This document shows, piece by piece, positions 39,729 through 53,287 of a stretch of 64,000 bases of DNA. Numbering within the stretch: position 1 is the stretch's first letter; each line of letters begins with the position of its first letter. The position numbers were made by a program, and so were the translations under genes. The notes under the pieces are model-generated. The model was not told where the DNA came from and did not search any database. It saw only the letters and a program-made list of their open reading frames with translations. This DNA is from Vicugna vicugna. Its lineage: Eukaryota. The DNA lies in contig MU058781.1 of assembly GCA_013265495.1 (NCBI GenBank), forward strand, positions 5,645,050 to 5,709,049, in the 5' to 3' direction.

Positions 39729-41839
39729 CTCTCAGTGTATAAACTTCTGTTTAAAAGAGAGATGTTTTCTAAAGAAATCTCCAACTTACCCTGTACACCC
39801 TAACTTTTAAAATAATTTTTCTACATACACTATCTCAGAGCCTTCTACCTTCCACAGTTCCTCTCTCTTTCTCCTTGTATTAGGGTGTGCACATGATCTG
39901 AATTCTTCTAGCAGACCTCTAGTTTCTGGAAAGCAAAAATCCTATTTCATTTATTGTATGCTCAGCAGAATATGGCTTAGCACCATGTACAGTATAGAGT
40001 TTTAATAAGTATTGAGTGAAAAAATGAATACACAAGCAAATAACTAAATATATGATGGCATAAATCCTGGGGTCCAATAGGCCCTACCCTACTGATATTT
40101 TAATCTTCTTGTCAACTTCCTCTAAAATGAACATTTAATGCTTCTTTCACATGCCCCAAATTGTTAATTCTCTAGAATTTACCTTAAAAAAAGAAGAAGA
40201 AGAAGAAAGGTCAACTATTAAAAGGAAAAGGTCCATCTCATCGTGATTCAATTGTTACTAATGTTAGTGGTCCTACCCCCTGTTTGGTTTATAGATTACG
40301 CTTCTGGGATTTCTGGAAGGTTTTTTTTTTTTTTTGTCATGAAGGCAAAGCAAACACCAGCTATCATTTCTAAGCCAGAGTCCTTAAGGGAAATCAGAAT
40401 AAGAAGGAAATTAAGACTACGTGTCTACTTTAACAAACAGAGGGAGTTACACCTGGTTTGTAACGGCCTATTCTGCTCTGCAGTTTGTGAATACTGTATC
40501 TAGCTACCAAACGACTGACACCTTTTGGGTTCAGAGAACAAACCCACGACTCTGTCCTTAAGAAGGCTAATCGTAAATTAACACCTCATACTTACAGGCC
40601 GTTGCCATTCCGTGCGGTGGTACCCTGCACACTGAGCCCCAGCGGCCAAAGAAGTAAGCGCATGCTCTGCAGAACACGAAAACCAAACTCCACACATCAC
40701 TGAACGGCAGACCAGCAATGATGATCAATTCAAGTCAGATTAGATTCAGGAACGGCAATTTACATGAATATGCACTTTTTGACAACCTACAGACTCTGTT
40801 ACAGAAGGGCAGGACCACGTAAGCATGGGGTGACTGGCAACAACTGGTGTGGGATTTCTCAGTTTTAGCTTGTTACCAAGAAGAGACAATTTGGAGCAAG
40901 CAGGACTTCTATGTTTAGAACACGATGCTCCAGTCTTCCAGTTTGGAATATAATTCTTCCTTTAAAGACCTGGTTCTAAAGTCAGCTTCTCAGGAGCCCT
41001 CCACTTTAATTTGTCCTTAACTTCAGGGCTCTTGACGTTAAAAACCGTGTGAATAAATGAATGAATGAATGAATGAGTCAACGGAGTAGTAGTGAGCCAG
41101 GTGATTAACGTGTTTCAAATCACTCTGGTAAGCAAAAGGCTGAGACCCGAACACTGTCCTAAAGCTACCAAAAGATATTTGGCACAAAACAGGTGCTTAA
41201 AATGTGTATTAAATGAAAACATTAATGAGTAATTCTTCCTGGTGAACTGTTTAAGTGTAGAAGATGCAACTGCACAAATTATCGTCGTTATCAAGGTAGA
41301 TATTGTTCCCTGTGCTATTATTTTCTTCCTCTGAACGTTGAATCCCTGATTCCCTGTGAAAAGCTTTTGCAGTGTGCAAAACTGGAACAGGGAGGAGTGC
41401 AAACTAAGTGGTACTTCTCTCTGTAGACACATTAACTTCCCCTGCTATCACCCCCCACAGAGCACTTTCAGAAATGCTTGGTCTTTGCAATAAAGCAGCA
41501 AGTGCAGAAATCCACTGCATACTTGGCACGGGTGTGTCAAATCCAAGAAACAGAGACACATGAATCACTTATGAGAATGGGATGTCTGATCACGCAGTCC
41601 TCCAAACACTAGTAACTATAGGTAACAACTCAGTGTAAATAATATTGCAAATTTCTACTTGTTCCTTAGACATAGGATGTGAACATCAGTCAGGGTCTGG
41701 AATTTGGCCAATGTGTTCCTATCTCAGGATGTTTCAGGGGATGGAATGTATCACACATCATCTACGCGGAAGCTCCATGTTTGGTCCCCAGCCTGGGACT
41801 TTACGCTTGATACACCCACACAGGCTTCCCTAGTTAGTC

Positions 41840-42065
41840 TTCACAAAACAGCTCCTCCGTTTAGTAGCTATGACTTTGTTCAAGTTACGTAACCACCCAC
41901 CCTAAGTCCCCATTTCCTTTTCTACTGAATAAGGATCACAGGAGTACATGTATCTTACAGGTGTCACGAGCTTCTGATGAGCTGATGCTTGTAGACATTT
42001 TAGCACAGTGCTTGGCACATAGCCAATGCTTAGTAAATGCTATCTGTTACAGTCATTGTTGTAGT
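41840..42065 (+). mobile_element. MIR SINE
   Basis: 'tagctatgactttgttcaagttacgtaacc...tagcacagtgcttggcacatagccaatgcttagtaaatg'. Confidence 0.7.
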
Positions 42066-42149
42066 TAATAACCAAGCCTATTCTTATAATCGCCCCATTA
42101 CTATCTACTCCCTTGCCCTATAATTGTCCAATTTTAAGTGTATTTTATA

Positions 42150-42250
42150 AATTTTTATCTTATTACTTTTTAATAGAATTATAATTGACATAATAGTTTC
42201 AGATGTAGCGATTCAATATTTTTATACATTACAAAGTGATCACCACTGTA
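42150..42250 (-). mobile_element. L1 extreme 3' end fragment
   Basis: 'ataattgacataatagtttcagatgtagcgattcaatatttttatacattacaaagtgatcaccac'. Confidence 0.6.
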
Positions 42251-45034
42251 ATTTTTTAAATAGTATTTAGAATGAATGAAACAAAATGTCCAAATGGCTT
42301 GCAACAAAAGGGATATTCTCCTGCATGGCGGGATGTGGTGGTGAGCACAGGAGAGGACCTCATGGAGGCCATTCTCAGAGGTCTGAGTGAGCTGGACCAC
42401 ACATTCTTAGGAGAAATCAGTAAATATGGCAACCAAGGGTGCACAGGGGGCCCTTGAGGGGAAAGGCATACAGGAAGCACAGCTGGGCGTGTCTGGTGGG
42501 CAGATTTCGAAGTCTGCCATGGAGGCACTGGGGCAAGAGAGGTTAAGCTGGGAGGGAGGGGAAAAGCCAGTGACACAGCTGAAGGACTTCCAAGGCTTTC
42601 TGCCCTAGCCCACCCCCAGCTCCCAGTGGAGGGCAGCGGGAGTGTGTGGGCAGTGACAGACTGACAGACAGAGACCCACTCATGCTCTTCTCCATGGAGC
42701 TATTACAGGGTGAGCCCGTGTTCCGCGGCCCAGCTGGCCATGATCGAAGCACATTTACTCTGGGGTAGAGAGATACAAGCACAGAGGACAGCTTAGAGGG
42801 ATAATAGCTTCTTCTGTGTAGCCCGAAAATACATTGCTGCAACATAAATGCACCCTTAAAATGACAGAAAGTCACACATCAATGCAAATTACATAAATCC
42901 TCACTAAATAACTCAACTCAAATGGAAATTACAATGGCACCAAGTTCTCCATAAACGTTGAGTTGGAGTGTTCTACGCTGCACTCTGCTTCTGTGTTGTG
43001 AAGGTGGCTAGAGATACGGTGGTAGGGCCGTCACCGTCCCTGGGGACCTTCAAGCAAACGCGCTATCTTGAGAAACAGTCCCAGGATGCCCGCTTGCTAA
43101 ATAAATATAAAACACATTTACTGTCTGCATCACTTAAGAGGTTGAGGAAGCGGGGCAGGGGCATGATTCCCAATCCTTGCATGTTTTTATTTAACAGCAG
43201 CTCAGCTATTAGACGATCTAGAGCATCAGGAAGACGGTCTCAGAAGTTACACGTGTGTTCTGAGTGTGTCTCCACAGCCTGCACGGAGGTGGCCATCCAT
43301 AAATAATCTTGCTACTCTGCCCCAAACGGATGGAACTCAGACCTAGACAATCCACGTTTAGTAGTACCCTGATGCTGACTAATTTGTATTCGCTGCGGCA
43401 AGTCCTTACCCTCAGACCTGAAGTAATTATTAGAAAGTGAGAAAACAGACGTTCCTTTTGGGAAGCTGGGAGATGGTTTTCTATTCTAAGTTGCCACTGG
43501 ATAGAGTGACCCATAAAAATAGCTTGGAAGGCTATTACCTCACAACCAGGGCATATAATATCTAACAGTTACAGACAGCGCCTCTCTCCTGTGTATCTTA
43601 ATTAAAGATCTAAACTGCAAAGAGACAAAAACTGAAAATGTGTACATAATCCATCTAATTTTGCATAATTTCTCATTAGTTGCATAGCTGATTGGCACCC
43701 TGTCTGACCCTGATTTGCATGTGATATATGCACATTTACTGGCTTATGGCATTAAAAAAAAAAAAAAACGCTCTGGCTGGGTACCAGCGTTCCTCTTTTT
43801 GATTTGCACGTGAAACCATAAGGTTCCCAGCTGGAATTCAGTAGAAGCACGTTAGGAGAGGGGCTGGTTTTGTACTAGGTTCATCCAACTCAAGCTGCCA
43901 GGGTAGCATGAGCTTTTTCACAACTGTTGTTTCTGGCCTTCCTACCTTAGGTTTTTCTCTAATACGGTGTCAGAAGACAGAAGTTTGCGTGCATCTGAGG
44001 GTGAGACTATTCAAAGTAAGAGGAACACAGCACACGTCACCCACATATCAATCAGCAGTGTCATTTCAACAGAGGCAAGGACACAGAAGAGAAAGTACGA
44101 AGCAAGACCATGTACTGCACTCCCAGTTACATCTGTCCATCCCTCCTTGGAGAAACAGTAACTGAAATACGTCATTTTTAAATAACGCATTGGTGCAGCT
44201 CTGAGACCAGGAGACGGAAAGGAACGTACAAATGCTCAGACTTTTGTGGGTTGGAGTCTTTCCTTTTCTTCTGAAGGGGCATTTTTCAAAAATATTTTGA
44301 ATGTGAAAAGCTTTACGCACTAGGCTGCCTCCCACTTTATAAGGTCATCCCCAGGCCCCCTTGGGGGGAGGCAGGGCAGACACACACAAAGCTTCAGAAG
44401 TATGCGGGGGCGGGGCGTTGAGTGTGCACACACATGCACACGTTCCTGTGCACCCAGGCAGGAATCAGGACACCCTCACTATGACAAATTCAAACGCACC
44501 ACATTTAAGTTCCAAACTGATGATAGTTTTCTATGGAAATAAACAAGGAAAGCAGTAAGGTTTAGCCAAGATTGACCTTTCAGCCCAGTTCGTGGCCACC
44601 GCACAGGTATTTCTTCTAATACCCCAATCGCAGCACCCACCGCGAAGACGGCGCTTACACAGGATATACACAGGTTTGTGTTTTTGCCTCTGGGTGCAAA
44701 AAAGATCGGCGATGTCATACACCTACTCGTTCCAAGCTGGAGCAGAGCTGCCTCGACTTGCTGCCAACGGCTGTCCTCAGAGAGAGCCACCCGGTATGAG
44801 GCGGGGGTAGCCTCTGCATCAAGAACTATCACACACACAAGCGCTCTGGCGACGCAGAGTGGATGTTTCTGCCAACAGAGAGCTTCAGCGGGCTCACAGC
44901 GCGGGTGAGCGGGAGGGGGCCGTGCAGAGCGAGCGGGGGCGAGCGACGCTGTTCACACCAAAGCACAGATCACACCTCTCCCCGACACCTACCTGGTGTC
45001 ACCATAGCTCCTGTTCTCGCTCCTCTTTCTGACA

Positions 45035-45148
45035 GACGTGTTAGCTAACACTACGGTGGCAGTCATGCTGCAATATGTAAACATATCAAATCAACACACG
45101 TATGTTCAACTTACACAGTTACATGTCAATTACATCTCAATAAAAAGA
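45035..45148 (+). mobile_element. L1 (L1MA/MB-like) extreme 3' end fragment
   Basis: 'gtgttagctaacactacggtgg...caatatgtaaacatatcaaatca...acttacacagttacatgtcaattacatctcaataaa'. Confidence 0.75.
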
Positions 45149-46512
45149 ACAGCCCTGTCACATGACCTTGGATCTGATTCGGGTAGCGAATTTTGGAGAA
45201 GGAACTCTAAAATTCATTTTTAATGAAGGGATAATTCACGACAGGGCCTGGGGTCAGGGGATGACCTTTCCAATCACACACCAATCTCTGAATAATATTT
45301 CACCTGTTAATCCACAAGTCTGAGGATTGGAGTGCTTCCTGTGTGTACCCCTTAACTTACTACCTAGAAAAGCTTCAAATACATTAATCTGGAATACAAA
45401 GTCAGCAATAGGTCCAGGTTACCCAGTAGTGAGCCACAGAAAAGCGTAATTTTCACTCCTTGGGTTCTGCAGATTTTCCATATCTTCTTAAATCATCCTT
45501 CAGGTGTTCTTTTCCCCTTTAAAACCGCAGATTTCAGATGTTTTTATAAGCCTTTCCCATTGTAATCTGGGTTCCTAAGGTGTCCGATTGGACATGTACC
45601 TTGTAAATACCAAAGAGTTTATTACTAGATTTACTTTTTGGTTGTCACGATATCCGTCCCTTCTTGTGTTACTTGCTTTTTCCAAATTAAGGAATGAGAA
45701 GTCATTCAGGAGAAGGTCCCTCCCGTTCCCATCACAAGCTTCCTCTCGCTCAACCACAAACGTGGTTGCAACAGCAGAGTTAGGGGTCCACATCCCACAC
45801 CTGATTTGCCAGTGAGAGAGGACCCCGTGTTCCGGAATGAGGAGGCAGTGTGCACCATATCGGCATGATGACCCTGGAGTCAGACTTCAGAGCCAGCCTC
45901 AAGATGCTCACAGACTGATATTAACCACGGTCTGCCGCAAGCATATGGGAAAAGACAGGCTGGAGCAGACCACCAGGAAAGACTCTGTGGCATATTTGCC
46001 CACAATACTGCTACAGCTCGGAGAGAGCAAGAGGCAAGGCACCCATCCACTATCTCACTCTGAAAGGGGATCATGTGTGTCGGGGGGATCTGCGAACCTT
46101 GTAAGGACAGAAAGCAATATTGCTTGAAAGTTATGACTAATGAGCCGTTTAGGGGAAAGGAAGTTGATTCTGTCATTCACTCTGACAGGGCTTCTTAACA
46201 GGAAAGGGGAGGGCTGAGGGTGGGGGGAGACACAGAGAGGACAGAAGGGTGAAGCCAGCCAGGCAAATGAGAATGAGACACTGCAATTATGGACCTTATG
46301 GAGGAGCTGCTGGTAAGCTACTCTGGCCAAAGGAAAATGTTGATTGGACCAGTTTTCAGAGGGAAACAGACAGCCCTTCTGCAAGCAGATGGATGACAAA
46401 TCTCTGGGAGGAGGCTGTGTTGTTCATGTGTGAAGTGGTCTTAGCCAAAGAGTAAAAGCGCCAAGCCATGTATGTAAGCAGGAGCCACCTGGTCTGCATG
46501 TGGTGGTGGTGC

Positions 46513-46540
46513 TGTGTGTGTGTGTGTGTGTGTGTGTGTG
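46513..46540. repeat. (TG)14 microsatellite
   Basis: Directly visible. Confidence 0.95.
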
Positions 46541-46991
46541 AAGGATGGAGAGACACTGATAGCAAAACCTCTAGCTGAAATCTCCAGGACCATTACACCA
46601 AGCCAGTCTCCATTTGTGTATCTCTGTCTCTCTTTTTTTTTTTTTTGCTTTCTTGCTTCCCCCTCCCTCCACCAGCATCCTCCTGCCCTATCTTGTCTCA
46701 TGGAACTCTACAACTCAGAAACTGGAGGCAAAAACTCAAATCTAAGGCAGGATTGAGATTAAGGGACCAGAACTAACCTGCCAGCAAAGGACAGAGTCAG
46801 AAGGAGCCCTTCTCTCCCCATAGCGCCTGTCCCCGTGGACTGGATTTACTGGGAAGGAAGAGCAGGAGCGATTCTGCAGAGGTGCCTGGTCTGGATCTGG
46901 AGGCGGAGCTCCTCGGGGCTCTTTCCCAGGGCAGATGGAGCAGACATTCTTCCCCGGCAATTCTCATTGTTCTTTTTAGGTTAAAGTGAAC

Positions 46992-47195
46992 CAGGTTTCT
47001 CAACCTCAGCGCTACTGACGTTTTGTACCGGATAATCCTCTTGTCATGGGGGTTGTTCTGTGCATTATGCATGTTGAACAGCACCCCGGTCTCTCCTCCC
47101 TCGTGCTGGTATCACCTCCCCAGTTGTGACAACCAAAAATGTCTCCAGACATTGCCCAATGTCTCTCAGGAGTGCAAGATCAAAACCACCAAGAT
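46992..47195 (-). mobile_element. MER20 (hAT-Charlie MITE)
   Basis: 'caggtttctcaacctcagcgctactgacgttttg...cccagttgtgacaaccaaaaatgtctccagacattgcc'. Confidence 0.9.
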
Positions 47196-47849
47196 AAGCT
47201 TTATCTAAGATGGGCTGGTTCCAAGTGGAGATATCCTCTTGTTCTTTGCATGAAAGTTAACCACACACATACACTCGAACACACTCTCTCACACACAGTA
47301 TTATTACAAAGACTAAAAAAAAGTGGTTCTCAATTCTGAATTTTTTCATGCTTTCATCCATCTGATTTGCTATAAATGCTTCTAAAGCCTGAGTAGACCT
47401 TCAAGGGCTCCATTTTCCTAGTGCCCTCAACTCCTCCAGTGTTCAGCACACTGAGCCCTAGAAACTGGGATGGAAACATTCAGGCAGGGGAAACCTCTAT
47501 TCTTTCATTCAATTCCTGCAAAATACTGCCACATACGTCTACACGCCTTATCATCGGGCTCTGCTAAGCGTTTGCACCCGAAAGAGAAAGCAGACACATC
47601 AACACGATGGGAGATGTTTTCCACGAGGCTCTGACACTGTTCTCAAATATTCTGATTCCTCACAGACTTTCAGTGCCTGGAGGGATGGGGCTGTGGGAGG
47701 GGAGGTGTGCTGTACTCTGAAATATTCAGCTGACTCAAGTGAACGGGACTTATATGGCTAAATGTACCTGAACTGGTTTGACACGTATGGGTTGGGTCTT
47801 CGTGTGAAGTACAGCTGCGAGGGCTAAAGGCATGAATAAGACGCCGTCA

Positions 47850-48080
47850 TAGCAGTACTGAAGGCTGACCCACAGCGGTAGGAGCTGTTCCTTCATGTAA
47901 CCCCCACAACGCCTTTGGGAGGGAGCTATTAGTAAGCCACATTTGCAAATGAGGAAACTAGACAGAGGGGCTAAGTACTTACCCCAGCTACAGCGCTGGT
48001 GGATGGCCTAGGAAAGGGGGATTCGAACCCAGGCAGGCTCAGGCCAGCGCCTGCACGGCTAACCAGCATCCTGGGCTGCC
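47850..48080 (-). mobile_element. MIR SINE
   Basis: 'catttgcaaatgaggaaactagacagaggggctaagtacttaccc...gggattcgaacccaggcagg'. Confidence 0.75.
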
Positions 48081-49399
48081 CTTTTCTGCTGAAACACACA
48101 GCGAACTACACTATCAGGCAGGCTGTGCTAAGTATTATAAATAGCGAAGGGGGACAAATACTGAAGGGATCTAAGAGCCCCCAAAAAGGGACAGACTAGC
48201 TGGCCTTGCAGGGGGAAGGGTTTGTGGAGGAGACCGGTGGGAGCTGGTTCCTGAAGCCTGGGGAGGAATCTGATGGGCTGGACCAGAATGAGGGGCGCTT
48301 GGAAGCAAATGCGCAGGGAATGCTGGAATTACAACAGGAGTCAGGATTGGCTGGAATGTGGGTGTCTGATGGGGAGTAGAGGGAGGCAGGCCAGGGAGGC
48401 TGACAGAGGTCACTTTGGCTACCAGTCACTGCCCTTGTCCCCTCCTTGCTGTGTGCTGAGAGCACAGGGGTTTCTGAGTGGAAGAGGGACACGTTCTGAG
48501 CTGTCTCCTTCTATGACACGCTACATTTAAACCCTGCCCCACTACTTCTTTTTCTCCATAAAGAGACATCCCCCAATTCTTCCAAATTCTTTTTTCTTTA
48601 CTGACTGGGGATTCTCCAAGTTTCTCACCGGCACTACCCCCATCACGTTTTTAAGTACACATGCCTGAAAGGCTTGCCACTCAAGCAAAATCACCGTGAG
48701 TCTCAGAATAAGTAAAGCAACTAAATTCGCCTGGAATGACATTATTTTCGGGGGGGGGGCGGTGTTGAGACTGGGAACAGAGTTAACTGAACTGAAGCTG
48801 ACTGATGAGTTGCTCCGACCTCCCTTTCCCCACTCCCAGGATGGAAATGGTCAGATCAGGGGTGATGGCGGGCGTAGAGGGGGGAGGGGAATCTCTCTGC
48901 TAGTACATTTCAAGATGTGAGTCACCAATTTGCCGTTTCTGATTTAATTTCTCAGATTGTGGCAGCTATTGAAACAAAGCTATACGGTTTGTTCAACAAG
49001 AACCAAAAAGAATAAAGGAAGAAGGAAAGGAAGATAGAACAAAACAGAAGGAAAAAAAAAAGGCACACTTGAAGGAGGCCATGAGTTATTAAAGAGCCCA
49101 GTCTGTGGTCCCCAAAGCTGACAGTTATTATGCGTAATTAGCTCAAAGCAAGGTTCTGTATACACACTATCTCCAGACATGTTTTTGAAACAAGGGCTCT
49201 GCCTTTTACCACCAATAATTTGTCTTGTTGTATGTTGTTACTTACACAGATGTTCCATAATTTTTTGCATATGGCTCAGCCAAAGAAAGCTTTCTTCCCT
49301 TCCATTTTTGGGAAAGATGCAACTGCCTGTGTGAAGGAGAGAAGAATGTCTAGTTTTTACATAATTTCTATGGTGATGATAGGGGCGGGGGTGGCTCGG

Positions 49400-49439
<40 letters not shown>
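49400..49439. repeat. Interrupted (TG)n microsatellite
   Basis: (TG)4-TATA-(TG)13. Confidence 0.95.
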
Positions 49440-50329
49440 AGTAACAAGATTCTCTACCCAATTCTGCCAACCGCACTTTATCTGACTCTCTTTACTGAGT
49501 CATTCCAATGGGATTTGGGAGTACTCAGTACATCTAAGGTTCATGGCGTTTGCTTGGGATAACACATTATCAAAAGCCTCTCTAAGAAGGGTTTGAATAT
49601 TTACAGAAGGAAAAAGAGGCGGGCGAGATGTGAATGCATTTGAGATTTTTTTTCCTTCTTTCTTGGCAGTCTTTGCAACTGAACACAGCAGAGCCTGCTC
49701 ATGTTTCTCTGACCTTGCTCAGCACAGTCCAGTATGCACATATACGGTATCAGAGGACGTCTCTGCTCAACGCTTTCTTGGGAAGGAGGGTCTGGGCGGA
49801 TGCGGTTTATCATGCAGATATCAGAGGGAGGGGTGAGGTGAAATCCAACCATCCTGGGTTTTTAAGATAAAGAAATACAACTGGCTGCAGAGAAGGGGGA
49901 GAAAGGCACATTAAAAAGTATACATCTTCCCTTTTATTGCGGTACCACCAATTGAGAGAACATTCTGCTGGGGGGGATGTCTGCCAAGGACTTCTAATTC
50001 AGTTTGTTCCACCGTTTTATTTTTAAATTCAAGTGCAGATTTTATTCCTGGAATGTTATAGGATCAGTGTGGGCAGAAACGGGCAAATTTACTTTAGAGG
50101 TGTTTTATAACAACTTGGAAGAGACCCTCTGAAATTCTCCAAGTGCATTTTCAGGGGTGAGTTTTATTTCCTTTTTGTTCTTCAGAAATCTACCTTGATG
50201 TTTTCAAACATTTTCATTTTACAAAGTACAGCTTGATTATAATTTGGAAAGCATTTCTAAACAATGATACCATCGATTAGGTGTTTGTGACAAGCCAGGC
50301 AGTATGGTAGCAATTTGCATCCTCTCCAT

Positions 50330-50450
50330 CACTGAATGCTCACAGCTCCCTTATTATCCTCACTTATGGGTGAGAAACCAAGGCTGGAAGGGATGACAGA
50401 GCTGAGTTCAAATCCCGGTCTCAATAATATCAAAATCCTTCTCAGCCACT
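50330..50450 (-). mobile_element. MIR fragment
   Basis: 'attatcctcacttatgggtgagaaaccaaggct...gacagagctgagttcaaatccc'. Confidence 0.55.
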
Positions 50451-53287
50451 ATGCAATTATGTTTCCATATATCAATGTCTGGCAATTAAGTATATGCACA
50501 GCTCAGCAAATAGGCTACTATCTATTATTCTAACAGGTGGTGGCAAAAGCAGATTCCTTAGCTTGCTTTTCTGGTGTTGATGCAGCCAAAGGAGGCTTGC
50601 AAAATTTGTCCAGTCTCTGGGCAGGAGTTTTGGTAGTGGGCATGCAGGGTTATCAAGGGAGCGGCGGAATTGGTCGGGATATATTTATTTTGGAATGCCA
50701 ATGGCACCAATACTAAAATTTGCTCACCTGACCCTGACAGCGCTTAAGACTGGTACAATGTCCTCTCATACCCACTGTCCTCCAAAGGTATTTACTTCAA
50801 AATCGATTTCCTCTGTCACTATTTATTGCTGCGCGTTTTGCTCAGTGGTCTGAGAAACCTCATGGAAAATCACAATGTTACACTTGTTAAATTGACCCTG
50901 CAGGGCGCTCTACCACTAGTACATGTATCATCCCAAGAGGTAAAAAGGCAAGTCTGCCAGGCTCATGCTGAGAATATCATCGTGAAACCAACAAGGATAT
51001 GCAAATCTGTCTGTTCTAGCTCATTTGCATAGCCTTTCATTGGTTTTGTGGAACCTCTACACTAAATGTCAATTTCCTTTTCTTTCCTAAAGCTTATTAG
51101 CTGTTTGTGATATTTACAGCTTGAAGACCAAACAGATTTAATAGGTAAAAAAAAAATTAAAAAGCATCTGAGGAAGAGAAAGAAAGAGGCTCTGATGTAG
51201 ATCAAACATGGAGATGTACTTGTGCTGTTAAAATATGCTTTCCAAGTTTGGAAGATGCAGAGGCCTCGTGCATGTCTGTGCACGTATAAGCAGCACCACA
51301 AAATTTGCTTAACCCTTTTTTTTTTTTTTACAATGATTTAGAAGAAGCAGAGAGATTTGCTTATAAACGACCAAGGGCTTGAACCTAGTCGCTGAGTACA
51401 CATTTTACTCACGACAAAATCTGAATGGAAGTCTGCCAACATCTGGGCTGACATTCAACCATTCTGAGTTTCTATGTATTCCGACCCCTCAAGACTAATG
51501 TTTTAAAACTCTTTGGATATTTTCTGAGGCACTACAGAGCTCAATTCTCACCTCTCAGTTCAGAGTGAATATATAGAAATAATATTCTGCTCTAGAGAAC
51601 TGCAAAGGCGGCCTTTCCCACGCAACATTTATCTACAGCATCAATGCAACAATTACAAGATGGGATTTAAACCAAATTATTTTCCTTTCTGTGTCAGATT
51701 TAGAAACTGGTGAAGGTTTGGTGAAATCTTGAAAATGTCTATAAATATTAGGTATAAGGTAATAAGGCAATCACCTAAATAGGAAGCAAAATCTTACAGA
51801 CACACCAAAGGAACCAAGTGTAGAATCTTTCGCACTTCATGTGGCAGCTGAGTACAGCACCTCCTGCTACCAGTTCTTAGTTCAACGGCTCTACCAAGAG
51901 GTAACTGGTGATCAACAGCTTTGAAATATTTCTTTACTGGCAACTGTAACACAATTAGCTGATACCCCAAATTTCACACGGGCTACAGAAGGAACACCTG
52001 CTCAACACTAAATTAAATTTTATGATTGGCTTTAAGAAAAGAAAAACGAAACACTCTTGGAAATTCTGGAGGTGGGCAGGAAACAGCAACCGGCCATGAC
52101 AAAGAAAGAAGTCCTTCCGGGGGCTGAGCAACTCCTTGCCATGTGGAGCCCAGCTGAAGCCGTGATAAAACACCATTGGAGAGTTTTAATTGAATACCTT
52201 TGGGGCTACAGGCACATTTGTGTCGATGAAATTCAGCTGTACAGCTCCTTACTGTCAACTACAATCCATCCTGTTTGAAATTCCACCCCCGGTCTAAATG
52301 TGACGGGCAGCAGGATGAAACGGGATGCACTAAACGGCATGAAAGAACAGCAGCAAGAAAAGCGCTCCAAGTCAAGGCAGCAATAGTGATGCGAGAGCCG
52401 CAGTCCACAGACCAAGGTCTCGCCGGCTCCACGGATGAGTTATTTCCAAAGCTCGGGCAAGCCGGTAATTGCCACTATGCCTCTATTTCCTCATCTGCTC
52501 AACAAGGGTCACCACACATCCTTTGACCTCCGAGAATTTTTATGAAATTGAGAAGCTTACAGGAAAGCCCTGCAAACACGGATGCCAAACTATTATCTCA
52601 TAACTCAGTGTGCCCAAATCAGACGGCGACAAGTGAAACCCCAAATTAATTTGATACCATATGCTACGGATTGCATTTTCCAACAGCCTTCAAAAATTGG
52701 CATTTAGAATATTTGTGGGTTCATCCTTTTCCGTGTACAGAAACATGTGCACACATCAAAACAGACCCAGTTAAATCTTAATTATCCAGTGGAGGATTAT
52801 CCAAGATTCTCACTGTTTTCTCCTTTTTCCTGTTGCCCATTTTTTTTAGCCTCTCTGGTAATTCTTCTATGACCAAGGGAAGGAGATGGCATGTAAATCA
52901 ATAAAGCCCTTTCCTTATTCACCATAATTCCAATGATCTGTGCCCCCTCAGCCTCCATTGGCACAAATAAGCGAGAAGGCACTGTTTGTGCTCACAGTTG
53001 GATATAAACATTTATCTGCATTGTTGGGAAATGAAGTATTCACATAAATCTCTTCACTTTCCAAAACTTTACCTACCAAATGGAAAGTTTGTCTAAGATC
53101 TATTTCTTTCACAGTTCTACATCTAGGTACCTCCCTTTTAAAATAGAGAATAAATTATAACCTTTCTTTGATGACTCAGTATAATCGATAACCATCCATT
53201 CATTACGACACTGTACTGCACAGAATAATCTCTATTTGCTTTCAAATAGTCTTTCTTCTCCCTTGATCTCAGCCCATCAGTTGATTT

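Noticed and set aside
39782..39795. Consensus minus-strand donor (CAGG|gtaagt)
   Set aside because: No matching acceptor at exon-like distance; isolated donors are common by chance.
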